A stretch of 64,000 nucleotides of DNA, taken from NCBI RefSeq assembly GCF_009914755.1, contig NC_060931.1; one strand, written 5' to 3'. Both the position numbers and the translations under genes were made by a program. The notes below the pieces were generated by a model, which made no database searches, was not told the origin of the DNA, and worked only from the letters and a program-made list of their open reading frames with translations. The stretch comes from the human T2T-CHM13v2.0 reference genome, Homo sapiens. Of this stretch, positions 1 through 13,144 are shown in pieces; the first letter of the stretch is position 1; every line of letters begins with the position of its first letter.

Positions 1-211
1 AGATCTGATGGTTTTATAAATGTGAATTCCTTTGCACAAGTTCTCTTGCCTGTCACCATGTAAGATGTGGCTTTGTTCTTCATTTGCTTTCTGCCATGAT
101 TGTGAGGCCTCCCCAAGCATGTAGAACTGTGAGTCAATTAAACCTCTTTCCTTTCTAAATTGCCTGGTCTCAGGTGGGTCTTTATTAGCAGCATGAGAAC
201 AGACTAATACA
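1..211 (+). mobile_element. THE1-type MaLR LTR, 3' part (cut by window start)
   Basis: ccatgattgtgaggcctcccc...gaactgtgagtcaattaaacctcttt...gactaataca matches the recalled THE1/MST LTR 3' end. Confidence 0.85.
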
Positions 212-632
212 GATAGATATGTAGGTAGGTAGGTAGATAGATAGACAGACAGATGATAGACAAATAGATAACAGATAGATGATAAATAGATAGATGATAA
301 ATAATAGATAAATAGATAGTTAATAGATTGATAGAAAAATAGGTAGACAGATGATAGATGGATAGATGATAGGTAGTTTGATAATAGATAATAATACATA
401 GATTAGGTAGATAGACAGATGATAGACAGATAAACAGATAATAGATGGATAGATAGATGATAAATAGGTGATAAATAATGAATAGATAGCTAATAGGTTG
501 ATAGAAAAATAGGTAGACAGACTGATAGGTGATGGCTAGATAGATGACAGACAGATTTATAATAGATAATACATAGATTAGATAGATAGATAGATAGTTG
601 AGAGATAGATAGATAGAGATAGACAGACAGAT
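212..632. repeat. Compound (GATA/GACA)n microsatellite
   Basis: Degenerate tagataga/gacagaca array. Confidence 0.95.
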
Positions 633-1318
633 GTTGGTGTGGATTCAGCTGGTTCTGGGGTGAAGGGTTCTGGACCAGCTGTTTGCTGCTAACCCAAAGG
701 TCATGACTAGAGCTATGTGTAAGCTAACAAGTGCTTGGGTATCTGTGGACACAAGGGACACATGAGGACATAAGCACCTGGGAACAGCTAAGAGAAGGCA
801 GTGGATATTGAAATGACTTTATCATATTTATGGAGAGCTCCTTTGCTGAAGTATGCTCTCAATTCTGTTCCTCCAGGAGTCTTCATTTTAAACAAGATTT
901 CAAGGTAGTTGGGATGTTATTATTGTTCCACATGTCAACAACTCTTGACGGGTTCATTTATATTTTACCATAGAGATATCTGTGAAGCCCTATTAGGCTG
1001 CAGCTAAAAGACATTTTTCTTCCTGTTTCTTTCCTCCATTCACTGAACTGACATATTGTGTTTTGTTCTGTATTATCTTTTGGTGCTTTATGGAAAAATG
1101 TCCACATTTCTCATGCAGCTACCCCAAGGTATTTCTTGTGAGAAAAAGAAAAATATGACTCTTTTTATGAGAAGAGAAACGGTTTCCCCACTCTTTCCAA
1201 TTGTGTATTCATTTCAATAAGCCTGGATCACTTGACAGAAGGGACTTCAAAGTTGATGATGATGATGAATTACAAAACTAAATAAGAAGTTTGGAAGAAC
1301 AGGGACAAATCTACTCTT

Positions 1319-1630
1319 GGCCATGCATGGTGGCTTATGCCTATATTCCCAGCACTTTGGGACACTGAGGTGGTCAGGATCATTTGAGCCCAGGAGTTCA
1401 AGACCAGCCTGGGCAAAATGTCAAAACCCCATTGCTACCAAAAATACAAAAATTAGCTGGGTATGGTGGCGTGCACCTGTAGTCTCAACTACCTGGAGAG
1501 GCTGACATGGGAAGATCACCTGAGCCCATGGAGGTAGAGGCTGCAGTGAGCCCTGATGGTGCCTCTGCACTCCAGCCTGGGCAACAGAGTAAGAGCCTGT
1601 CTCAAAACAAAACAAAAAAAAACAAAAAAA
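1319..1630 (+). mobile_element. Alu (old, AluJ-like)
   Basis: Dimeric Alu with central A-rich linker, caaaa tail and heavy CpG decay. Confidence 0.93.
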
Positions 1631-4139
1631 TATATTCTCATGAAGTTTGTAATGGCTGTGACCTGGTAGAAATGCATAAATAGACTATCTATTTTCACAA
1701 AGACCATATTACCATATAACTTAGCAGGTATATTGGAGTTTAAGAAATAGCTAGAATTAAATTATTTCAAAATCAATTTCAAAATTCACCTTTGTGAAAT
1801 TTAGAAACTTTGTCATAAAATCATTGCATTTCTAAGCTAAAAGAATCCAAGACAAGTGATGTCATTCATGTAGGTGTCTCCATCAATCCAACAGTGGATC
1901 ATTTGAGCAGCATTTTCCCTGTGTATGATACAAGCAAATTAATAAGCATGAACCCTGCCCTGCAACTTGTACCCAAGGCTCAAGCTTAGGAAACCAAGGA
2001 GGGAGACCATAACACAGTACCTGCATGTAAATGGCATCCAGTTTCAGAAAAGGAAGGAATCTGAGCTGGAGGGCTGCATGGAAGGGGTGGAATTTAACGT
2101 TGGCTTTGAAAATCACATAACATTTGAAAAGGTGGAACCAAATGTGAAGATTTGAGGCACTGGGGCTTCTGTGAGCAAGCCACAGAGGCAGGAATAAGCA
2201 CAGTTCACAGCCAGGGGAGAATGTAGGGCCACCACATAGGAGATGGAGCTGACTCTTGACTTCAGTTTTCTGATCCAGGAGTGTAATATACCTCAAGTAG
2301 TCAAAGATTGGAAAAATACTTGACTCCTTCAAGACAGAATCCAATGGGGAAAACACATCTATAAACAGCTTATCGCATATGAGGTAACCCCGGTGGCTAT
2401 GTATGGCTCCCTGATGTCGAGAGCAGTGCGTGCGTGAGTTTTCTCCTGCTCCTTTCCTCTCTCCTGAGGCTGAAAGCTGCACACCCTCTGTGTGATTCCC
2501 CTCAGCAAGTATGCTCATTCATGCCAGTCTGTGGATGTCTGAGAATGTCTTGATACACAACCATCCTTAGGGGTAACTGAAATTAACTGGGCATGTTGCT
2601 CTTAAAAGTCGGATAAGGAGTACAACAGTATAGGTCAGAAACTTTGGAGATATAGAGGCTACCTTCCCAAGGCCTGCTGTGCCTAGACACAGGATGACCA
2701 TTCTCAGAGAAGAAACCCTAAAATGACAGGAACGAGGCTTTTGTGTCTGCACCTCAAGTTCTCTATTCTTCTTTTCTTAGACTGGAAATCCCAGCTGCTT
2801 CTTTTTTCTTTACTGCTGTTACTTTCCCCATATTTCATCTCTCCCGAGATGTTTTATGCATTGTGGGAAACGTGCACAGCTGCTGCACCTGCACATTTGG
2901 CTCTTCCCTTCATCTATACTTCACCAACCATTCAGGTCTCCGTCTAACGGTAGATTTGCCATTGATCCCTTGTGAAACATTATATCTGTACATATTTATG
3001 TGTTCTATATTTTGAGTTACAGAATTAGGTGGATACCTTTAAAATTGCTATTTCTTCTTAGGGAAGCAAACTACTAACCTATAATCATTATTTTTATTTT
3101 TAAAATGCTTCCCTTCTTGTATTTTCTCTGGTGGTACTGTAGTTTATAGCTTCTCCAGTCATATATATTGCTATATTAATAGCATTGCCTAAGTAAAAAC
3201 AAAACAGTATTTGTCTGATATCTTTTTAAAATGTTTCATTAATTTCTCCAACATTATTGAGGTATAATTGCCAAAAAATTTTGTTTATATGTACAGTGTA
3301 CAACATATACCATGATGTTTTTCCATCCTTTGACTTTCAAGTTTTCTGTGTTCTTATGATTTATGTCTTTTAACTGAAGAATTTTGGCCAGCATTCTGGT
3401 CACTGATATGATTGAATTCATTTCTTCTGTACTAATTTTTCTTTGTATTTGTGCCCTTTTTTCTCCTGTTTTTTTTTTTTTCTTCCTGTTTTGGAATGAT
3501 TAAGGTCTGTTTTTCTTGCTGGCATTCTTTTAGTTCCATTTTCCCCTCTACTAGTTTGGATGTTACTCTTTCTATATCTTTCCCTATCTCTAAGAATTTT
3601 AACATGTAGACCTTTAAAAAGTGTAAGGGATGACCAATGTTTACAACTTAGACACATTATAATGCTTTAACTTGGGTCACTCATTCCTAACTATCCTAAC
3701 CCTTGTATTATTGTTTCTAACCTCCAAGGACACATTTTTTTAAAAACACACTTACTGCTTTTTTTAGATTTCTCTGTGTGCCATTTTCTTTCCTTACTAT
3801 TATTTTCACATCTCAACTCTGTCACTGTTTTCTTTATTTCTGAAACACAACTTTTTGAACACTGATATTTAATGTGTGGTCTGTATATTAGCACTGGTCT
3901 GTAAATTGTTACTTACTGCTCCGAATCTAATAAGCAGATTGATCCAAATGCAAATTAGCTACCTCATTAAGAACGCTTTATTGCAGGGGACATGTTTTTC
4001 ACAGCAAGACTTTCTCAATGAAAGAGGCAGTCTGTTGATTTGCATTCCCTCAGGGTTTTGTTGTTGTTTTTAAATGTTTTTATTTTGTTTTCATTCTGGA
4101 AAAATGGTTTTGTGGGATAATAATCAGTTAAGAAATCTT

Positions 4140-4565
4140 CCCTTTCTATTTGCTGGTTATGTTGTTGAGAAAGTAGCTCTTAAGCTAATGATCATTTCTT
4201 TGCAGATATTCTGTCTTTTTCCCTCTGAAAGGCAAAGACTGTTTGTCCACGTTGTTCTTCGTTTTCAGTCTCATATTTCTAGGTATAGATTTCTTTTTAT
4301 TTCTCCTGCATAGGATTCACTGGGATTTCTGAATCTGAAGATTGGCTTTTGAACAATCATAGACAATTCCCTTTCATAGTCTCCTCAAATAGTGTCTCTT
4401 TTCCACATCCTGTGTTGTCTCTTTCTGATACTTCAAAGGGATTAATTTGAGACTTCTTACTTAATCCTCTCTGTTTCTTTACCTGTCTTAAACTTGGTAG
4501 TTCTCTAAGCGGCAACATTGTACTTTCTCCAGATCTATTTTCCAGGCCAACAATTCTCTTAATAG
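4140..4565 (-). mobile_element. Ancient L1M fragment (antisense ORF1 region)
   Basis: T-rich tract with L1M-like motifs (ctaggtatagatttctttttattt...ttctgaatctgaagattg); boundaries approximate. Confidence 0.5.
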
Positions 4566-4944
4566 CATCATGGCTAGAAAGAAGTATAGATAAAATAGAA
4601 AGACAGAAACGATGATTAGATAGACAGACAGATGGATTCTTACAGGAAATATGAGGTCTCCAGATAAGAGAACAGTCTTTATTACTCACAGAACATCTTG
4701 GCCCCAGATCGCCACTGGACTATACATATGTTTCTGCTTTAAATTGTATAGGTGAATATATGGGGGACATATGTTCACCTGTACAATTTGTGGACTCCTG
4801 TGGCCATATTAAATTATCATCATTTCTTTAATGTGCTCATCTCTTCCGACTTCCTACTGTTTTCTCTAAATAGGAAGCCTCCATACCTCTCTTCATTTAG
4901 ACAGAGTCTTCTAGTTCGTTACATCTCATCTTACTTCAAGTACC

Positions 4945-5150
4945 ACACCCGATAGGAAGTCTTCTTTGAACGTCTTTGCTGCTTTAGCAACCTGTACTTA
5001 TCTCTCTCAAGGCATTCATCACACAGTTTTTTAATGAACAGATTATTGTTTGTCTCTTTTATTTCACTTTCAAGCCCTTGGGGGCAAGATATCTTTTTTA
5101 TTCTTATTTCGCAATACCTATCTGAAATCCTGGTACATAGTAATTTTCAG
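4945..5150 (+). mobile_element. L2 3' end fragment
   Basis: cttgggggcaagatatc...cctggtacatagtaa resembles the L2 3' terminus. Confidence 0.5.
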
Positions 5151-6076
5151 TGTTTTCCTACTACTCTAATCAAATAATCATTGCTCTCCAGTTTTCCATT
5201 TATTATTATTATTTTGTAAGATTATATTAGAATCATAAAATGTTAGATGTAGATGGAAACCTAGGGGACATCTATTTTACATGATATAAAATTGCTATCA
5301 GTATTTTTTCTTTGTTTTAACGACTGACATCAGTTGGGAAACTCTTAGCCCCGCCTTATCTCACATCTCCTGGATCAGCATAAGTTTATGTGCCTAAAAT
5401 CTCATTTCATGGGAGAAAGGAAAATGGGTATCTTGCAGCAAGAATGTAAGGGGAGGACAATGTCACTGGGTAAGCAAAACAGAGTTTGTAAATTTATCAG
5501 TACTTCTTCCCACCCAGAAAAGGCTCGGTTTAGAGAAAAAAAAAGTTACAGACATTTCTATTTTCAACATTTTCCCTAACATCCAGTACTGAGTTCCACC
5601 AGCTATGTCTAAGTTGACAAGGCAGCAACTTCAGTTCATTTGTTCAAGTGTACTTTGATTTGCATAGTTTCATAACCTGTTAGCATCTGCTCATTGATAA
5701 TTCTGAGCTTGTGCTTTCCTGACGATTTTTTACTGCAGAGGTGGAAAAGTACTAAACGGCAATTTGTTTCTTTAATTTTCCTGTGCAAACAAAGTCAGGG
5801 AACAAAGAAAGATGCATGGTGACTGCAAAATATCATTATTATTTTATCAACAATGATAATACAATACTCCATGAGTACAACTTCTTAGTAATAAATGCAC
5901 ATAAAAGCAAGATAGCCAGGAAGTGCAAAGGACAAATTCCCATAATGCTACATGAATTGTTTTGCATAGGGCCCACTGTAGCCTCCTGCTGCCTAATAGA
6001 TAAATTGAAAATTTTGCAACTCTACATCTATCTCACCAGCTTTCAGACTGTGCACTAGCTATGCCAAATTGACTAA

Positions 6077-6468
<392 letters not shown>

Positions 6469-7743
6469 TAAAGGTACAGTTTAAAAGGTACCTCTTTTGG
6501 AGTAATAAAAATGTATGGACTCAAATTTGTCAGAATGTTAAATGGGCAAAAGGTGGAGGATACTTTCTGAGGAAGAAACAGGCTAGAGAGTGCACAAGTA
6601 AATTTAACGCTTAAAGTAGAAAAAGAGTTAGAAAGAATACAAGGGAAAAATTACATCTGATTTCCTTTTCTGCTAACCGAAATTTAGCCTCTACTTCCAT
6701 TATGCATCCAGGCAGCAGCCACAGTTGCATTAGCAATACCTGTGACGGTCTCACCAGCAGAAATTATGACTTTCAGTATTTTAATACCACATTCACAGTG
6801 GCTCCAAATATCTTGAAATGTTTACTCTCAGCATGACTTCGAAATTATAATTGTTATTATATCCACCACATTAAATACAGAATCACAGAAGTTATTATAT
6901 CAAATATTTGTTGCTTTTAAAGTTTTGCTTAAAAACTTCAATTTCTAGTACTACAATTTCAATATAATTTATTACCTTTGTCATCTCATGGCTTTCTCCT
7001 TCTTCTTCCTTTAGCATTTATAAACTTTATTTTGAGAAGTGTCTACAAAGTTTGTCAGACTGCAAAGAAGTCCATATCTCATAAAAGATCAAGCTTTAAA
7101 GGTGGAAGAAGAAAGGAAAAGTCAGGGTTCTGTTAATAAAGTTCTGTTTTGCTTCTAGCAAAAAAAGCATATGCTCCCTTATGAATACACTAATGGACAA
7201 TTTAAAAATCAATGTCAGCGTAATGATGGTAAGCACAGCTTCCAAACAGCATCCCTTCTAGATTGCCAGAAGATGATCACGCAGACCCCGAAGCTTAGGG
7301 GGCAGCCAGAGGCCTGAACCCCTGTCCTAGGTTAATTCACCTTTTGCATGGTAACAATTGAACACCATTTACAAAGTAGGGAGAATTATTTTGATTGATA
7401 TTAATTGAAACTTGCAAACAAGCACAAAAATTAAGTGAGCAACAAAAGGATTAGGAAGTGAAACCTCGCTTTTACTAATCATTTCCCTTTCCCTCTACAA
7501 AACAAACAAAAAAAGATATGAAGGTAAAGAAACTATCTACTCCAATTACTTTAATTCATTTGGATGAACATTTTACTCTATGAATTTCTAGGGATTTGAT
7601 TCTCTGATCTGGCCATACTCACTTGTAATCAAACAAAACATAAAATTGACCATTTTTGTATGCTAATTTTGTGCTAGACACCCTGTTGAATAAATGAAAG
7701 AATATTATTAAGCATATACTACATGCCAGATACTTTCCTATAT

Positions 7744-8018
7744 CAAAGATTGGCAAACTTTTTTCTGTACAGGGCCAGATAATAAATATTTTCGATTTTG
7801 CAGGCCACAAGGCAGTCTCTGTTGCAACTGAGGGCAGTACAAAAACAGTTATAGGCAATATATACACAATGGGTGATTGCATTCCAATACAACTTTATTT
7901 GCAAAAACAGTTATAGACAATACATACACAATGGGTGATTGCATTCCAATACAACTTTATTTGCAAAAACAGGCACTGGAGCATATTTAGCCCACGGCCT
8001 GTAGTTTGCCAGCTTCTG
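7744..8018 (+). mobile_element. MER58A-like hAT-Charlie DNA transposon with internal 62-bp duplication
   Basis: TIR-like ends caaagattggcaaact / agtttgccagcttctg; degenerate 8-bp TSD tcctatat/acctagat. Confidence 0.8.
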
Positions 8019-8657
8019 ACCTAGATATTGCAGCGTGGAACAAAAGGTCAAAAATTCCCTATTTTGTGGAGCTTACATGCCAGGAGGGGAAGACGAACCA
8101 GGAGCAAAGTGAACATACTAATTCTATGGGGTATTTTAAGGTGCCCTGGTGAGGAATCCAGCAGGGACAAGGCGGGAGGGTCGTGGGGGAGCTCACAACC
8201 TTTGCTATGGTGACAGGTGGGGCACCTTTGAGAAGCAAATATTTTATAAAATTTTTGGCAGAAATGAGCAAGCAAGCCATGGGCAAGAGTATTCTAGCTG
8301 CTTAGATCATTATAATGACCATCCAGGATAAAAAATATTATTTCTCTCTGACAGGAGAAAATGGAGACTCATTTCCTTGTCAAAATTCTAATGGCTAAGC
8401 TCATCCAGACCATGAAATCGGTAATTCTGGGAGCAGGTTAAAGGCCTTGCTGTTTTTTCTTTCTAAAGCTCTCTAGGTTATTTTAACATGCAGCTATGGT
8501 TGACAGTCTTCACTAGGTCATGCTGACTTTTAACTTATTCAATTTATTTTAAAGAAAACAAGCTAACAGAAAAATACTTTGATAGGCAAAAATTAAGTTC
8601 ATAGGGTCAGATATTCATTTTTGATTTTTATTATTTTAGATCTAGTCCTGAATTCAG

Positions 8658-8810
8658 ATTTCTTTCTTTCTTTCTCTGTCTTTCTTTCTTTCTCTTTCTT
8701 TCTTTCTTTCCTTTCTTTCTTTCTTTTCTTTCTTTCTTTCTTTCTTTCTTTCTTTTTCTTTCTTCTTTCTCTTTCTTTCTTTTCTTTCTGTCTTTTCTTT
8801 CTTTCTTTTT
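8658..8810. repeat. (TTTC)n pyrimidine microsatellite
   Basis: Direct inspection. Confidence 0.95.
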
Positions 8811-8929
8811 GTATGTGTCAGACATTCTATAGCTTCTGAGATTCTCATTGTGTTTGTGAAGATATTCTGAAAAGAAGACAGTAAAGGACTTATTAGGGAA
8901 AATTAAAGTAGGATCTGGGGAAGGCTGGA

Positions 8930-10850
8930 GAGACCACAATACAGGAGGGTGAGAGAATTAATATGACCCTGAGGCAAAATGTAAGTGAATATTTTTGCCC
9001 CTTCCAAGTAAATATGAATTATTTCTAATCATCTTTGCTAATTAGAATGGGAAAAACACATTTATCAAATCAATGGTTGCCTGCAATAGACATGAGGCCA
9101 TATTTGTCTGCTCCAGCAACTATACCATATCTGTCTGCAAGCACAGCTATTATTTATTCATCTGTGCTCATCAATAGTCTTTTTCCAGGATCTGTCCAGT
9201 TTTTGCAGGAGCCAAATTGATGAGTTAAATGGAGACGTAACAGGGATCACCCTTGCTGTATTCTTATGTTGGATCTTTAATGGTGGCACAAGTCTTTGCT
9301 GTCTCTCCCAGGATACAATATTGTTTTTTATTTACTATTTTGGCAGAGGGGTGAGAGGGAATTTCAGAGGTTTCCACTTGGCCTTTCTCCATGATGACAG
9401 TTTTTTTCTCACATTGCAGAAACCCAATAAGGGGGTTCCTACAATTACTAAGGACGTCCGTTCCAATTATGTACTTGGAGATTGTAGAAATGACCTTTGA
9501 GTAGATTCATGGACCTAGCAGACCACTGAAAGGTGGACTTTAGCCACAATTTCTAATTTGGCCTAACTCTCATAGCCCTCTGTGCTCCAAAGCTGGGCTA
9601 TGATGGATCTTTGGATTTTTATTCGGGTCAATCAATGTCAATTCGGGCCCTTTATTAAGTAGTCTTTGAAATGGCTTGTTATTCTTTTTTCCTCAGTATA
9701 AAGAAGCCTAAGTAAATGGCTACAGGTCCCTTTGAGGAAGATTGAGGGCGTTTTCACAGCATATGCCATGGTATGGTAGGGTCTTTCTTCCTAGGAATAA
9801 TGCCAGTGGATTCTGAATTTGAAAATTTGGCTGAGGTCTGGCAACTGAGCAGGAACTTGGACTTGTTAACAGTGTGACTGTGCTTGACTTTCTGATACTC
9901 CGTTCTAACTTTTTTTCCTAGTTATAGATGTTAAGCAACATTCTTCTTGGCTGCCTATTCATTTACCCACTACAGACACTCTATTAACCATCTCCTCAAG
10001 TCCCTGTGGGCCACACCCCCTTGGTCGCACCTCTAACCTCCTGGCGTCTAGCGGTGAAGCCCCAGAACCTGGCTTCTCCTGGCATGGAGCTCCATCATCT
10101 TCATGATGTTGTTGAGTGGACTCCTTTGACTGCCTCTCCAACCACCAGAAGAGCCACCACCAAACTTATTATTGATGATGGTGCCCCTCTCCCAGCACAT
10201 TCTTTATGGTCTTAGTGAAGAGTGAGCTTTCTGCTCCTTCTCTTGGACTATGACCTTCTCTTGGGTCTTTTGGTCTGACATAATATGCAATCTCTGCTTC
10301 CTTCAGCATATCCTCTGGCTTCTGACAGGGCAATTTGGGCATTTCCATTCTGCTGAGTATTGGGCATTGCTGTTTTCAAGTTTCTAAGGGCTGCTCTAGG
10401 AACATGGTTGCATCATTTCTAATCCCAGGAGTGCTCCTCTGGTTCCTGCTCATACAAAACAGCTAATTCATTCAACTCTTTGGGTGTATAGAGTCCCTCC
10501 TCCCTGATCAGGGCCAGCATGTTCCCAACTGGGCTATATTAGCATTTCCTTCTTGGTATTGGCCTGGCAGGAAAGGAGACATATCTGTCCAGACATATGT
10601 CCTTGTACCACGGTCTCTGGTCTCAGTCCTTTTCTCACCTGAGCAGTGACCTCAGCCATGCATTCATATGTCCCTGGAGCTCTGCAGCTCTAAAAATTAG
10701 GTCTTCCTAATTGTCTGAGCTATGTCATTCCCTTCCACTGTAGGAGATATGAGCCTCCTTGTAAACTAGCACAGAGGCCCTCTGGCTTCCAGCCTTACCC
10801 ATTAACGACTCAACAGCCCTCAGTCTCATTATCCTTCTGCAGGGTCTTTT
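8930..10850 (-). mobile_element. Decayed ERVL-class endogenous retrovirus internal region (gag-pol/RT fossil)
   Basis: Manual minus-strand translation across frameshifts gives KAKWKPL, KIVNKKQY, ATIKD, VIPVTSPFNSSIW, LLEQTN, IDLINVFF, LPQGHINS (ERVL RT-like) and YTPKELNELA..YEQEPEEHSWD (ERVL gag-like). Confidence 0.85.
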
Positions 10851-10859
10851 TTTAATGCT

Positions 10860-11210
10860 ATAATTTTTCCTCAAAGTCCTGCTTTAGCTACCTCATAATT
10901 TTGATATGTTACATACTCATTTTTAGTACAAAATATGTTTTGATTTTTCTGAGTATTCCCAGTTTTCTCCATAAGTATTTAGAATTACTTTAATTTCCAA
11001 ATATTCAGGGACAATCATATCATTTTCCTTAGTTATTTGTAGTTAATTTCATTGCAATTCAAGAATATACTCCATATGGTTTGAGTTTATTAAGGTTTTT
11101 AATATATTAGGATATAATTATTCTTATTGAATGAACCATGTTTACTTGAGAAGCCTGTGTATTTTGCTGTTTTGGGGTGGAATGTTCTCTACGTGTCAGT
11201 TAAGCCAACT
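10860..11210 (-). mobile_element. Ancient L1M ORF2 fragment
   Basis: Antisense L1-like motifs (ctgctttagct...ttttgatatgtt; tattttgctgttttggggtggaatgttct). Confidence 0.6.
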
Positions 11211-11250
11211 AATTTTGTTTTTGCTTTATGCTCCCACATCACATGTGTTT

Positions 11251-11943
11251 ATTTTTTTTTACAACTTTCATTTTAGGTTTGGGGGTACATGCACAGTTTT
11301 GTTCATGTATAAATTATGTGTCACTAGGGTTTGGTGTACAAATGATTTTGTCACGCAGGTAGTGAGCATAGTAGACAACAGGTAGTTTTTGGACCTTCAT
11401 CCTACTCCCACCCTACCTCCTCAAGTAGGCTTCTGTGTCTATTGGTCCCATCTTTGTGTCCACACGTACTCAGGGTTTCACACCCACTTATAAGTGACAA
11501 TACACGGTATTTGGTTTTCTGTTCCTGTGTTAACATCTCACATCAGTTAGAATGGCTATTATAAGAAAGTCAAAAAACAACAGATATTGGCGAGGTTGCA
11601 GAGAAAGGGAATGCTTATATACTGTTGATGGGAATGTAAGTTAGTTCAGCTGCTGTGGAAAGCAGTTTGGAGATTTCTCAAAGAACTTAAAACAGAACTA
11701 CCATTCAGCCCAGCAGTCCCATTACTGGGTGTATACCCAAAGGAATATAAATTGTTCTACCAGGAAGACACAGGTACATATATGTTCATTGCAGCACTAT
11801 TCACAATAGTAAAGACATGGACTCAACCTAGATGTCCATCCATGGAGGACTGGATAAAAAAAATGTGGTACATACACTCCATGGAATACTACACTGTCAT
11901 AAAAAAATGAAACCATGTCCTTTGCAGCCACATGGATGCAGCT
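11251..11943 (-). mobile_element. L1PA13-16/L1PB-type 3' insertion with 5' inversion
   Basis: 11251-~11533 is poly-T plus antisense L1 3' UTR; ~11534-11943 is sense L1 ORF2 end. Confidence 0.88.
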
Positions 11944-13144
11944 TCTGTAGGGTCTTAATACAACTTAGTGATAACCAATTGACTCTCATGTATCTCTACA
12001 TTGTTTCGCTGTTGTGTATTTCTCTAGAGGTGGGAAGAAAGGAACACATGATTGTTGTTACTTGGAGAAACCACTTAAATTTCTATTTCAAAGCATGTGT
12101 CCATTTTTGAGTGAGTTCCTAAAAATATTATTTTCCCAGTCAAATAGAATTTGTAACAGCCCAAGATATTCAAGCTTTAGAGAACCTGCAATATTTCCTA
12201 ATCAATGAGTAAACTTCAGATATACACACTCATGTACACATATGCACCCTTGGTAAGAAAGGACGGAGCTGTGTCTTGGGGTAAATTATACTATAAGGTG
12301 AAAATACTTCTCTCTTGCTGTTGGCAAACGATCATTCCAAAGACATGCCACTGCAAATGGTTTCTCCTGCTAGTTACTAGCAAGAGTCTGCATATGTAGA
12401 GCCATCTCTTCACTGTTCATTTTTCAAGGGGCACTGGGCTCCCTGGGCAAACTGCTCCCTTGCAGTGAGCTTGACTCTGTACTCTGGAAGGGAGTGGGTA
12501 GGTGATCCAAGACTGACAGTTTATATTCATCTGACTAGGTAAGTGTATTGAGTCCAGGTATACACAGCAGTCCCCACAGAGGGCACCTAAGGTCTAGATT
12601 TCAGGAAGACATATGGGAGACTACTAGCGTTCAAGTCAAAACCCTACTGAGTCTAAAGAAATGATGTAGTTCAGATATGCTGGGCATCTGCCTAGTCTGT
12701 TAACAGGCTGATCCATTTATCCTGCTCCATAAGAGAAAAACTCAAAAGCAAAAAAAAAAAAAAATCCCCTACAAAACTTTTGGCAGATTTCTGATTGCCC
12801 TAGGAAGCATCTTCACCCCAGCAAGGAGCATTTTCTTCCATTAAACACGCAATCTACAGAGAATTAGGACATGTTCTTATGCTGTGACTTTTGGAGCATT
12901 TTAATTTCTTTTTTCTAGTTCAAAATTTTCCTGGAAAATAATGAAGTGAACTCAGACACCACAGGCTCTATAATTATGAGATTTTTGTGGAAAATCCTGG
13001 GGACAATTTGGTTTAATGCATATTTATTTAAATGTCATAAAACTCAACTCATCAAAGTTGTAGGGCCACTTTCAAACTTGATGCCATATTCGAGGAAGAC
13101 AGGAAATGTAGCAGAGTAAGCCTATGTCCTCTGGAAATTGATTT

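Noticed and set aside
1883-2518. 211-aa minus-strand ORF, the longest outside the CpG island
   Set aside because: No recognisable domain, no exon context, and it appears to overlap decayed L2/LTR-like sequence; consistent with chance
8621-8939. Phe/Ser/Leu-rich and Lys/Glu/Arg-rich ORFs
   Set aside because: Translations of the (TTTC)n microsatellite
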